Below are positions 7,606 to 16,296 of a stretch of 32,974 nt of DNA, one piece after another (position 1 is the stretch's first letter; each line of letters starts with the position of its first letter). The notes below the pieces were generated by a model, which saw only the letters and a program-made list of their open reading frames with translations, had not been told where the DNA came from and made no database searches. The translations under genes were made by a program, and so were the position numbers. The stretch comes from Candidatus Nanohaloarchaea archaeon. Lineage in GTDB: Archaea; Nanohalarchaeota; Nanosalinia; Nanosalinales; Nanosalinaceae. Where the stretch lies: the NCBI GenBank assembly GCA_046539225.1, contig JBKHHG010000004.1, positions 1 to 32,974 of the forward strand. Direction: 5' to 3'.

Positions 7606-8436
7606 ATGAATGATTCAGACGGCATCACTCTTGAATTAACAACTAAACAGGCAGCACTCCTTACCCTGGCTTTGGGTCTGATAATTGGAGGCTTAGGAGG
7701 TTTTGCCGGCGGAATGGCGGTTTCAGGCCCGGTGCAGGATAGTGTGGATGAGCCCAGTGAATCAGCAGATTCTAATTCTGATTCAGCTAATGATGGTTCA
7801 GGTGAGGAGTCAGGCTCTGATCTCGTTAGTTTGGATGGTATAGATCTGGAAGATGAGCCAAGTAAGGGAGAGGAGGATGCTCCTATCAAGGTTGTTGAGT
7901 ACAACGAGTTTGGCTGTCCATTCTGTGCGGAGTGGAATGGAATTGATGCCTCCTCAAGGACTCCTATCGATCAGATGGATATTGCTGGAAGTCTTGAAAG
8001 CCAGTACATTGATGAAGGCGAGGTAGAGCTGATTTCCAAGGATTACCCTGTTCCAAACCTGCATCCGAACGGGCCAGAAGCCCACAAGGCTGCGAACTGC
8101 GTCTATGAACACGAACAGGATAGTTACTGGGATTACCATGACGAACTGTTTGAGAGAAGAGATTCCTGGATGCAGTCCGGCGATGGAGATACAGATGAAA
8201 CGTTTAAAGAGATCTCAGATGATCTAGGGCTTGATACCGAGACAGTGATGCAGTGCTACGAGGACTCCGAGAACACGGAAGCCAATGAGGACAGGGAAAA
8301 CGCGATCGAAAGCCTTGGGCAGTTTGGAACACCAACTTTCTTCGTTGGAAACAAGGAGAAAGGATTCGTCAAGATAGAAGGTGCTCAACCGCTCTCAAGG
8401 TTTGAGGAAGCGTTTGAAACGGTTGAAAGTGAGTAA
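7606..8436 (+). CDS. Membrane-anchored DsbA-family thioredoxin-fold protein
   Basis: N-terminal TM helix, KG.EDAP..VVEY.EFGCPFC, HPN...A..A, GTPTFF and GAQP motifs. Confidence 0.93.
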   Translation: MNDSDGITLELTTKQAALLTLALGLIIGGLGGFAGGMAVSGPVQDSVDEPSESADSNSDSANDGSGEESGSDLVSLDGIDLEDEPSKGEEDAPIKVVEYNEFGCPFCAEWNGIDASSRTPIDQMDIAGSLESQYIDEGEVELISKDYPVPNLHPNGPEAHKAANCVYEHEQDSYWDYHDELFERRDSWMQSGDGDTDETFKEISDDLGLDTETVMQCYEDSENTEANEDRENAIESLGQFGTPTFFVGNKEKGFVKIEGAQPLSRFEEAFETVESE

Positions 8437-8439
8437 GTT

Positions 8440-8994
8440 ATGAGTATCAGGATCGAGGTAAATCCAGGAAACTGGCTTAGTTTCAAACCCGGTAAATGGA
8501 GAAGAGGCTTTGAACAGGGAGTGAGAGGATCTCTCAGGAACAGGAGGAGAACTTTGGGGACGTTGATAGTAGGATTCCTCACTTTCTCTCTCACTGTTTT
8601 TTCAGCTAATCCTGGTTACTCGATTCAGATGCTATTCTCCGGACTTGAATACTGGCCGATCGCATTTATGACACGTTTCACAGGCCTGCTGATGAACTCA
8701 GGTTACACGGGCGCAGCACTGACACTCATCTTCTCTTTACTTGTAGGCATCACAATGACGAATACTGCAGTCCAGTTAAAGATGAATAAACTGAACCTGA
8801 GCTCTCTTGGAGCACTACCAGGATTCCTGGCAGGAGGATGTGCTTCATGCGGGGTAGGAATCCTTTCGCTTCTCGGGTTCGGAGGAGTACTGGCGTCGAT
8901 GCCATTTGCAGGAAACTCTCTAAGACTTGCAGGAGTACTGCTACTCGTAGCGCTAATAATAAGAACAGGTAACCCTGATCTCTGTGAGATATAG
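8440..8994 (+). CDS. Membrane protein with a GCASCG motif, likely a DsbA partner
   Basis: About 4 TM segments with CxxC in a Gly-rich stretch; starts 3 nt after the dsbA stop. Confidence 0.8.
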   Translation: MSIRIEVNPGNWLSFKPGKWRRGFEQGVRGSLRNRRRTLGTLIVGFLTFSLTVFSANPGYSIQMLFSGLEYWPIAFMTRFTGLLMNSGYTGAALTLIFSLLVGITMTNTAVQLKMNKLNLSSLGALPGFLAGGCASCGVGILSLLGFGGVLASMPFAGNSLRLAGVLLLVALIIRTGNPDLCEI

Positions 8995-9064
8995 TAGGTT
9001 GTTAATTTGTGCTGAATCGGTCACCGAACTGCGAGTTTGATGGAGAAGGACACAGGCTTTATTA

Positions 9065-9301
9065 ATGGCGTATAAAGTGATAGAACCGGGAATAAGCATG
9101 GAAAATCCTGTTTCATCGGATGCAATACCGAATCTTCTGATAGGAGGACTGATTTTAGCTGCTTTAGGGCTTGTGATAAGAGGTTTCTTCCCTGAAGCGA
9201 AATCTATTTACCAAGAACTAAGACAGCAATACCTACTTTTTGCCATCATTATAATCGGACTACCTACTGGTCTTTACCTTCTCGCCAGAAACAGACAGTG
9301 A
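9065..9301 (+). CDS. Small two-TM membrane protein (start 9065 or 9098)
   Basis: Two hydrophobic helices; fills the gap before tRNA-Gln(CTG). Confidence 0.6.
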   Translation: MAYKVIEPGISMENPVSSDAIPNLLIGGLILAALGLVIRGFFPEAKSIYQELRQQYLLFAIIIIGLPTGLYLLARNRQ

Positions 9302-9326
9302 CCACACTAATCAAACTGATAGTTAT

Positions 9327-9399
9327 TAGTCCCCCCAGGATTCGAACCTGGGTCACCAGCCCCAGAAGCTGGTAGGATTGGCCGCTACCCCAGGGGACT
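9327..9399 (-). tRNA. tRNA-Gln(CTG), intronless
   Basis: AGTCCCCTGGGGTAGCGGCCAATCCTACCAGCTTCTGGGGCTGGTGACCCAGGTTCGAATCCTGGGGGGACTA folds as a cloverleaf with anticodon CTG. Confidence 0.93.
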
Positions 9400-9444
9400 T
9401 CTAAATCTGTGAGTGGCTTGAAGAGTTAAAAAACAGCGAGGCCT

Positions 9445-9930
9445 CTAAACCGAGATGTAGGGTTTGAGCTGTACCATCAAAAGTATGGTCCACCAAGCTA
9501 TTACCGAGATTATTCCGAAGATTGCGGCTCTTTTCTCGAACTCTGTTACTTCTTCGGTGTGCTGCGGCCATTCATCGGATAAGTCCTGGAACCTCGGGTA
9601 GATTTTCTCGTTGAGTATTACCCCGTTGATGAATACCGCGGTGACAAGCAGCATTTTGATGTGGAAAAATGTGCCGTCCGCGATCTCCGGGTTGGTATAT
9701 ATCAGGAATGCGCCGGTTGCGGAAAGTAAAAAGAGGCCTATCCAGATAAGCATCGACATTAGGACCGATACCTTGGAGAGAACCGTTGAAAACTTCTGCC
9801 TGAAATGCAGGTATATCAGCATCGAGTCCGTCGCTGTTACAGCCCCGACCGCTACTACTGCCGCGACAAAATGCAGGGTCCGGAACGCGACCTGTGGATC
9901 GGTCAAGGCCTCGAGAAGCGTCATCACCAT
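9445..9930 (-). CDS. Four-TM membrane protein
   Basis: Four hydrophobic helices; LH in TM1, WIGL.LL.ATG and F..KM.LV.....NG. Family not firmly assigned. Confidence 0.8.
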   Translation of the reverse strand: MVMTLLEALTDPQVAFRTLHFVAAVVAVGAVTATDSMLIYLHFRQKFSTVLSKVSVLMSMLIWIGLFLLSATGAFLIYTNPEIADGTFFHIKMLLVTAVFINGVILNEKIYPRFQDLSDEWPQHTEEVTEFEKRAAIFGIISVIAWWTILLMVQLKPYISV

Positions 9931-10031
9931 TCTACCTCTTCAAGCCTCTTTACGTGAGTGTAGATGTAGTAAAGCGATACCGCCGAGATTATTAATGCGT
10001 AGACGGCGAAAAATAGGTGGAGGCCTTTCAC
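9924..10031 (-). CDS. Uncalled 35-aa single-TM micro-protein MKGLHLFFAVYALIISAVSLYYIYTHVKRLEEVEW
   Basis: The GTG start overlaps the upstream stop (GTGA) and the TGA at 9924-9926 overlaps the next gene's start. The ORF spans the whole intergenic gap. Confidence 0.7.
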   Translation of the reverse strand: MKGLHLFFAVYALIISAVSLYYIYTHVKRLEEVEW

Positions 10032-10960
10032 CGGTTCATCAACCTGGACAGGAAGGATTCATCCTGCTGGATGGTCTGGACGGCTTCCTCGGCTTTTTCA
10101 TTCTCCTGCTCGATCTGGCTGATGACTTTCCCTAACTCGTTTTCCTCGGATTGGAAGCCTTGAGCGCCTGAAATTCTCTGCTCCATGGACTGGGCTTCTT
10201 CGTAGGCCTCCTGCAGCTCTTCACGGTATCTCTGAGCCTCCGTCTTTATCTGTTCGACAAGCTCTTCCTCCTCCTGTATTTCCTGGCCTACCTGTCTGTT
10301 CTCTGTCCTTACTTCTTCGTTCACCTGCTGCCTCAGCTCCTCAATTTTCGATGCGTAACGGGACTCTTCCTCTCCGCCAATATAATTTACAAACTTCTCC
10401 ATCACATCGAGCTCACTGTTAAACCTTCCGACTTCTTCCTCAAGATGCGATTCAAGCTGGAGATCCGAGCCCTCAGCTCTTTCCATTTCTCCGATCAGTT
10501 TAGCGGCTCCAAGTATCTGATCCGCTTCCACCGACATCTCGGCGACAGCCCTCTCCAGGTCCTGGATAGCCTGGTCAACGGTTTGATGCGACATCTTCTG
10601 GTTCAGGCCTCTGATCTCCTGTTTAACCTTCTCAAGCTTCTGGAAAGTGCTTTTCTCCTCAGAGCCGATACCCTGCTCGTACTCGCTCAACATTCCAATA
10701 AGCTGCTGCTGATCCCGGATAGCTTGCTCGATTCTTTCGGCCTCGTCCTCGATCTCCAGGCCTTCCTTGCCTAACATCTCTTCAAGCCGGTCAAGCTCCT
10801 GCCTCGAAAGATCCTCAGGATCCTTACCGCTCAAAAAATCCTCTATACTTTCCTGCCGGGAGTCAACCTTTCTTCCCTCCTCAGCCAGATCGTTTACAAT
10901 CCCCCGGATCTGCCTCAGAACTCCCTCGGCCTCACCTAACACGTTACCTGTGTCAACCAT
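10028..10960 (-). CDS. Acidic coiled-coil protein of unknown function
   Basis: 310 aa, E/Q-rich with heptad periodicity. Confidence 0.8.
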   Translation of the reverse strand: MVDTGNVLGEAEGVLRQIRGIVNDLAEEGRKVDSRQESIEDFLSGKDPEDLSRQELDRLEEMLGKEGLEIEDEAERIEQAIRDQQQLIGMLSEYEQGIGSEEKSTFQKLEKVKQEIRGLNQKMSHQTVDQAIQDLERAVAEMSVEADQILGAAKLIGEMERAEGSDLQLESHLEEEVGRFNSELDVMEKFVNYIGGEEESRYASKIEELRQQVNEEVRTENRQVGQEIQEEEELVEQIKTEAQRYREELQEAYEEAQSMEQRISGAQGFQSEENELGKVISQIEQENEKAEEAVQTIQQDESFLSRLMNR

Positions 10961-11026
10961 ACAGGCCTGAATTAGAGAAACTGCCTTTTATCAGTTAACC
11001 AAAACCCCGGCCGCCTAAAAAAGGCC

Positions 11027-11225
11027 TCAAACTTCTGAAAGTTTGATCATCAGATTGCATGGCTATTTGAGCCAGGCCTTGCGTGTCAACATAGCGTAAC
11101 AAGTTTTTCGCCGGAGCTGGGTCCGAAACTCGAAGAGTTTCTGGAGCAGCAGAAAGTTCTCTGAACTTTCAAGGGATTTGAACCCGAAGCAGGCAGAATT
11201 GCTGCTTCTCTCATCAAATCCAGCC
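11027..11225. repeat. Hairpin mosaic downstream of tRNA-Ser containing a split copy of the tRNA 3' end
   Basis: Hairpins TCAAACTT-CTGA-AAGTTTGA, GAAACTC-GAA-GAGTTTC, GAAAGTTC-TCT-GAACTTTC and GAAGCAG...CTGCTTC. CGCCGGAGCTGGG (11109-11121) and GGGATTTGAACCC (11173-11185) together copy 11241-11263. Confidence 0.8.
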
Positions 11226-11240
11226 ATAATTAATAGATTA

Positions 11241-11385
11241 CGCCGGAGCTGGGATTTGAACCCAGGAGACCCGTGAGGGTCACCGGTTAGCTTGTCGAAA
11301 GTCAAAGGACTTTCTCTTCCCTTGTCCTCCGAAGAGGACATCAGGTTTTCAAGACCGGCACCTTTAGCCACTCAGTCACTCCGGC
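11241..11385 (-). tRNA. tRNA-Ser(TGA) with a 59-nt intron (11289-11347) at 37/38
   Basis: 5' exon GCCGGAGTGACTGAGTGGCTAAAGGTGCCGGTCTTGAA; 3' exon AACCGGTGACCCTCACGGGTCTCCTGGGTTCAAATCCCAGCTCCGGCG; central bulge-helix-bulge (BHB) helix CTTG/CAAG. Confidence 0.92.
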
Positions 11386-11556
11386 ACAATTGGTTACGCT
11401 CGATTGATACGCAAGGAGCCATTCAGTGGAATGGCTCAGCGAGGTATCTCTTAGAAATTATTGGCTTTTGGAAACTTTAAATTAGAACGGGGAGCGAGGC
11501 CTATCTTTTTGATCTGGGTTATCAGAGTTCTTTGGTTAGGCCTTGGGGGAAAGTCT

Positions 11557-11919
11557 TTAGGGCACGGCTTCCTGTATTTCCTGGTTTTCAAGATTTACTT
11601 TGAAAGTTCTGACTTTTTTGCCGAGTTCTTCGGCCAGTTTTTTCTCTTCAAGGACTCCGTCTGTAACGTTCAGTCCGTGTACTTTTTCCTCTCCCGGGCC
11701 TTTTGTCGCGCCGAAGATCCATACCTGGTCCGCGGATTTTATGTAGGCCTTGTTTGCGGATCTTACTTTCTGTCTTTTAACGGTGTCGAGCATCCAGAAA
11801 GGCCCGTAGTACGGCGTGATGGGTGCGAACTCTTTTTCAAGTACGTACCGGTTTATGTGGTCTTTTGCGAAGTGGAGGTACTTTGGTACAGCGGTGTAGA
11901 CTGTCTTCACTGCTTCCAC
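11557..11919 (-). CDS. Hypothetical protein, nucleoside 2-deoxyribosyltransferase/DUF4406-like fold
   Basis: Pattern VY.A...P..P...I..ADQVWIFG...TDGV..E...A.ELGK.V; overlaps the cbf5 stop. Confidence 0.6.
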   Translation of the reverse strand: MEAVKTVYTAVPKYLHFAKDHINRYVLEKEFAPITPYYGPFWMLDTVKRQKVRSANKAYIKSADQVWIFGATKGPGEEKVHGLNVTDGVLEEKKLAEELGKKVRTFKVNLENQEIQEAVP

Positions 11920-12872
11920 CTCTTGGGGTATTTTCCGGGATCCATGTACACGTTTTGGGGTGATGCTGCCTTTCCTTTCTCCTCGTACATCTCTTCCGAA
12001 CTCATTGAGGCCTCTGCGAGCGCTATCAGCTCTCCTTTCAGGGTCATGACCGCTACTTTTTCTCCTTCTTCTATCCCGCCCTGAAGCTTTGAGACTCCGG
12101 TTGCTCCGAGGTCCGATCCGTTGGCAACAGAGTTCACAGCTGAGTCTTTCACCACTATTTTCGGTATATGCTGTACAGCCTGCTCAAGAGGCCTTAAAAC
12201 TTTTCTGATCTCTTCTTCCCGGTTCTCTTCTTTGTAGAAGTGGTAGGCGTCGACTATATCCTGTATGGTGTCGGCTTCTTTTTCTTTGAAAGGCCCCTGG
12301 ATTGTTCTCCGGAGCTCTGTCATTTCGGCGTCTACTCCAAGCTCTTCTCCCATTTCATCGACTAAAACACGGACGTAGAAGCCTGACTCGCATTTTACGC
12401 GGCTTAAAATCTTTTTACCGTTTTTCTCCAGTAGTTCGACTTCGTAGACCTGTCTTTCTCTTTCTTCTTTCTTGACAGCGGATTTTTCAGGCGGTAACTG
12501 AGTGTTTGAACCTTTGAATCTTTGAAGAGTGTTTTTTATTTCTTTTTCAGGCCTTTCCTTGTTCATCTCTGCCTCGAATATGTATTCTTTGTCTGTATGT
12601 GCGAGCGCCGGGTTTATCCGTGTACCTGAGTTGAGGCCTACCGGGAGTATACCGGTGGCGTTTGGATCTAAAGTTCCGAAGTGTCCGGCTTTTTTCAGGT
12701 TGAGCTCTTCCTTTATCCAGTAGCTGACCTGATTGCTTGTCGGGCCGAAAGGCTTGTCAACGATTAAGAAACTTTTGTCAAGAAGCTCTTCTACAGGCCT
12801 TTTCTCCGGTATGGATCCGAACTCCGGGTCTGTCTCGGCTTCCTCCCGTGTGTACCAGGTTTTCTCGTTCAT
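11907..12872 (-). CDS. cbf5: Pseudouridine synthase Cbf5 (TruB family) with PUA domain
   Basis: DKP.GPTS.QV, GH.GTLDP (catalytic Asp), PP.KSAVK, CESG.YVR and ELRRT motifs; C-terminal PUA domain. Confidence 0.97.
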   Translation of the reverse strand: MNEKTWYTREEAETDPEFGSIPEKRPVEELLDKSFLIVDKPFGPTSNQVSYWIKEELNLKKAGHFGTLDPNATGILPVGLNSGTRINPALAHTDKEYIFEAEMNKERPEKEIKNTLQRFKGSNTQLPPEKSAVKKEERERQVYEVELLEKNGKKILSRVKCESGFYVRVLVDEMGEELGVDAEMTELRRTIQGPFKEKEADTIQDIVDAYHFYKEENREEEIRKVLRPLEQAVQHIPKIVVKDSAVNSVANGSDLGATGVSKLQGGIEEGEKVAVMTLKGELIALAEASMSSEEMYEEKGKAASPQNVYMDPGKYPKRWKQ

Positions 12873-12906
12873 GGTTTCAGGTGTGGAAAGAAGATTTATA
12901 ACAGGC

Positions 12907-13632
12907 TTATGCTATTCCGAGGCCTTTCCTGAACGCAAAGGTGAGTGGCATCGCAAGCAAGATATAGAATCCAAGCCAGTTCAACGCACCGCCTATATAC
13001 CAGACTGAGAACGGGAGCGGGACGAACACCATCGATACTTTTGCTGTGAGGCCTTCGCTGGCTGAGAAAAATCCTCCGCCTTCCTGTACCCCTCTGAACT
13101 CCCATGTCATGCCGTGAGCTTCAAACTCTTCTCCGGGCCTTACCTCTTCCCCGTTCACCACCATTCTTGTATCGTTCTGGTACACCTCTACTTCCTGAGT
13201 TGAGGATGCGTACTCGAGGTCCCCTGTGTAATGCGTGTCGGCCTGTTGAAGGTTGATGCCGGGCGAGAAAGTTGCGCCGAGCCATGGGAAGAACAGGCCT
13301 ACGAACAGCATCGTTACTATCATTGGTTTGAAGTTGAGCATCATGAACTTCTGGTTCAGCTCCAGGGACTTTGACATGTGTTCCGACACCTTGTCGGTCT
13401 CATCGTTTTCCCGAGCCTCCTTCATCTTCTCCTGTTGCTCGTTCAGTTTTTGCTTCAGCTCTTTCTGTCTCTCGATGTCGAGGAACCTCCAGTAGATCAG
13501 CGAGAAGGCTCCGGCAAGGCCTACCGAGAAAAACGCCAGGGCGTAGTAAGGGCTCATCTCCAGCAAAGGCATGAAAACCATGTCGTAGAAACCGAAGAGC
13601 TGGGCGAGCAGTGACTGGACCAGCGAGATCAT
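12907..13632 (-). CDS. DUF106 / EMC3-TMCO1 (Oxa1 superfamily) membrane protein
   Basis: TM1, coiled coil, NFKPM.VTM, and a C-terminal WL.FYIL...RK.LG; next to cbf5 as in other archaea. Confidence 0.9.
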   Translation of the reverse strand: MISLVQSLLAQLFGFYDMVFMPLLEMSPYYALAFFSVGLAGAFSLIYWRFLDIERQKELKQKLNEQQEKMKEARENDETDKVSEHMSKSLELNQKFMMLNFKPMIVTMLFVGLFFPWLGATFSPGINLQQADTHYTGDLEYASSTQEVEVYQNDTRMVVNGEEVRPGEEFEAHGMTWEFRGVQEGGGFFSASEGLTAKVSMVFVPLPFSVWYIGGALNWLGFYILLAMPLTFAFRKGLGIA

Positions 13633-13671
13633 AAACAGGATTCAGAACCCGCAGGTTTTTAAACTCAAGCT

Positions 13672-13935
13672 TTACAGTGTATGCATCACTTCTGAAAGGG
13701 TTTTAGCAGCTTCTAGGCCTTTCTCCGTCAGCTCGAGCTGTTTCTTCCTGCCCTTCATCTTTGACTCGACGAGGCCTGCGTCCTCCATTCTCTGGATGAT
13801 CCTGACAGTGTGAGAATAAGTACAGTCGGTCTTCTTCGAGATAGCGGACGCATAGCTGTCGGTATTCGGATCGTTAAGGACTATCAGTATCCTCACCGGT
13901 TTAACGTTGAGGAAAAACTCCTCTAAATCATCCAT
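13672..13935 (-). CDS. Winged-helix (MarR-like) transcriptional regulator
   Basis: YASAISKKTDCTYSHTVRII..ME..GLV...KGRKK.L.LT.KG motif. Confidence 0.88.
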   Translation of the reverse strand: MDDLEEFFLNVKPVRILIVLNDPNTDSYASAISKKTDCTYSHTVRIIQRMEDAGLVESKMKGRKKQLELTEKGLEAAKTLSEVMHTL

Positions 13936-14050
13936 TTTACCGCTCGAAGGCCTCCACCCATTTATTGGTAACGAAGACTAATAACTTCCGGGGTTGAGGC
14001 GCCACGTTGAAAAACCTTTGTACCAAAAAACGTTTACCGGTGACCGACAA

Positions 14051-14248
14051 ATGGAGTTCTCCAACTCGAAGATGAAAGAGATTATCAAGTCAAACACTGA
14101 CAAAAGAGTGGCTGAAGACGCCGCAGAAGAGCTCAGCCAGGTGCTTGAAATGTTCGCGGGAGATGTCGCAGAAGAGGCACGGGCTGTAGCCGAAGCAGAC
14201 GATAGAAAGACCTTGAGGAGAGAGGACGTAAAACAGGCCTTGAAGTAA
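14051..14248 (+). CDS. Archaeal histone (HMf-like histone fold)
   Basis: MEFSNSKMKEIIK...RVAEDA.EEL...A..A..DRKTLRREDV..A, with the RV and RKT..ED signatures; ATG at 14051. Confidence 0.9.
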   Translation: MEFSNSKMKEIIKSNTDKRVAEDAAEELSQVLEMFAGDVAEEARAVAEADDRKTLRREDVKQALK

Positions 14249-14335
14249 AGGCCTGAATCCCTCAAATTTTTGTCTATCGCTGAAAGACTTCAGGGATTGA
14301 AAGTTGATTTAAGGTTTTTAGTCGATACATTTTAC

Positions 14336-15334
14336 ATGGAAGTCGAAGATCTTGTGGAGAAAGTTGTGGAGGCCTCAGAGCTTTCTGAAGACGATTTAAT
14401 GGAAAAAGTTGATGAGAAAATGGAGGAGTTTGAAGGCCTTGTAAGCGAGGAAGGCGCCGTACACCTGGTTGCGAAGGAGCACGGCGTCGAGCTTGCGGAA
14501 GAGGCCTCGGAAGACCTTAAAATTGAGAATATCGTGCCCGATATGCGGAAAGTAGTTGTAGAGGGCCGTGTACTGAACGTCTCCGACCTCAACACGTTTG
14601 AACGTGACGGCGATGAAGAGGATGGAAAAGTCCAGAATCTTTTGCTTGGCGACGACACCGGCACGATCAGAGTAACTCTCTGGGATGATCAGACCGAGAT
14701 CGCGGAAAACGTTGACGAAGGCGACGTGATCAAAATGGCCGGATGTTACACTGTCGAAGACGACAGAGGTAACGCCGAGTTAAGACTGGGGGATTCCGCG
14801 ACGGTCAAGATGGCGGATGATCAGGACCGGTTCGATGATATTGAAAATCAGGCCTCTACCTCAGAGGTTGCGGTCAGCGAGATAACTACCGAGGGCTCGA
14901 GCTACAGGACAAGAGGAATGATAATGGAGGTCTACACCTCGAACCCGTTCTACAGGGTTGACCCCGAGACAGGCGACACAGTCAGAGAAGACGATGACGG
15001 GAACTATGTCACCGATTCAGGGGAAGAAGTCGAGGATCCAGAGGGACGGCTCGCGATCTCCGGCGTGATCGACGACGGAACGGAGAACATCAGATGCGTG
15101 TTCTTCGGGGAGCAGGCCCGGAAACTTTTGGATCTTGATGAAGAGGCCGAGAAAGAGATGGACGAAGACGCCGTAGAGGAATCGGCTGAAGACGCCAAAG
15201 GCCTTGAAATCGAGGTCGAGGGAAGGACGCGTTACAACGATTACTTTGACAGGATTGAACTGCTTGTAAACAATATGCAGCAGGTTGACACACAGGAAGA
15301 AATCGAGACCATGCTGGAGATCTTACAGGCCTAA
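14336..15334 (+). CDS. rpa: Replication protein A (OB-fold ssDNA-binding protein with DUF2240-like N-terminus)
   Basis: GLVSEEGA..LVA, F.R...GKV.N.L.GDDTG.IRVTLW and IDDGT.NIR.VFFG motifs; ATG at 14336; directly upstream of radA. Confidence 0.9.
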   Translation: MEVEDLVEKVVEASELSEDDLMEKVDEKMEEFEGLVSEEGAVHLVAKEHGVELAEEASEDLKIENIVPDMRKVVVEGRVLNVSDLNTFERDGDEEDGKVQNLLLGDDTGTIRVTLWDDQTEIAENVDEGDVIKMAGCYTVEDDRGNAELRLGDSATVKMADDQDRFDDIENQASTSEVAVSEITTEGSSYRTRGMIMEVYTSNPFYRVDPETGDTVREDDDGNYVTDSGEEVEDPEGRLAISGVIDDGTENIRCVFFGEQARKLLDLDEEAEKEMDEDAVEESAEDAKGLEIEVEGRTRYNDYFDRIELLVNNMQQVDTQEEIETMLEILQA

Positions 15335-15345
15335 GGTGGTAGAAA

Positions 15346-16296
15346 ATGACTAAAGACGAAGAACCAGAACTCGAGGACATCAAAGGCGTAGGAGGAAAAA
15401 CCGCTGAAAAACTGAGGGAAGCCGGCTACGACGACTTGATGAGTATAGCGACCATGAGCTCCGGAGAGCTCTCCGAAGTAGCGGATCTCGGCGACAAAAA
15501 GGCCCAGAGCATAATAACAGAGTCAAGAAAGCATCTTGACATCGGCTTCGAGTCAGGCAAGGAAAAATTCGACAAGAGAAAAGAGATGAAGAGGATCACA
15601 ACTAACTCGGAAAACGTCGACGAAATCCTGGGCGGAGGAGTCGAAACCCAGGCCATAACCGAGTTCTACGGCGAGTACGGAAGCGCAAAGACCCAGCTAT
15701 CCCACCAGCTCGCGGTAAACGTCCAGAGAAGCAACGAAGACGGGGGCCTCGGAAGACAGGCAGTATACATCGACACAGAGGACACCTTCATACCTGACAG
15801 GATCGAACAGATGGCAGAAGCGAATGGGATGGACGTAGACGAAACCCTGGAGAACATCCACGTCGCCAGGGCCTTCAACTCGGATCACCAGATGCTGCTG
15901 GCGGACGAGGCCCAGGATATCTGCGCAGAAAACGATATAGGCCTTATAATCGTGGACTCGTTGACCGCACAGTTCAGAAGCGACTACGTGGGAAGAGGAG
16001 AGCTTGCGCCGCGACAGCAAAAGCTCAACAAACATATGAACACTCTTCTAAGGCTTGCGAACTCTCACAACCTTGCTGTAGTGGTCACCAATCAGGTTAT
16101 GTCCAACCCGGACCAGATGTTCGGAGACCCTACAAAAGCCATCGGAGGCCACATCGTCGCCCACAACTCCGCAGTCCGCATCTATTTAAGAAAATCCAAG
16201 AAAGACAAGAGGATCGCGCGCCTCGTCGATTCACCTTACATGCCGGAAGGAGAGGCCGTCTTCAAAGTGAAAGATGAAGGAATAATCGATGGCTGA
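15346..16296 (+). CDS. radA: DNA repair recombinase RadA
   Basis: HhH N-domain, GGGVETQAITE.YGEYGS.KTQ, YIDTE.TF.P.RI, GRGELA.RQQKL and ARLVDSP.MPEGE motifs. Confidence 0.98.
   Translation: MTKDEEPELEDIKGVGGKTAEKLREAGYDDLMSIATMSSGELSEVADLGDKKAQSIITESRKHLDIGFESGKEKFDKRKEMKRITTNSENVDEILGGGVETQAITEFYGEYGSAKTQLSHQLAVNVQRSNEDGGLGRQAVYIDTEDTFIPDRIEQMAEANGMDVDETLENIHVARAFNSDHQMLLADEAQDICAENDIGLIIVDSLTAQFRSDYVGRGELAPRQQKLNKHMNTLLRLANSHNLAVVVTNQVMSNPDQMFGDPTKAIGGHIVAHNSAVRIYLRKSKKDKRIARLVDSPYMPEGEAVFKVKDEGIIDG

Noticed and set aside
7566..7613. 15-aa upstream ORF overlapping the dsbA start
   Set aside because: No distinctive composition or other support; likely chance.
11027..11263. CRISPR array
   Set aside because: The repeats are not identical or regularly spaced, and no cas genes are present.
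11241..11385. tRNA-Sec or opal suppressor
   Set aside because: The anticodon is TGA, which reads TCA (Ser), not TCA. The acceptor stem is a standard 7 bp.
11063..11480. ORFs 11063-11371 and 11292-11480
   Set aside because: They overlap tRNA-Ser and the hairpin mosaic and have no protein-like features.
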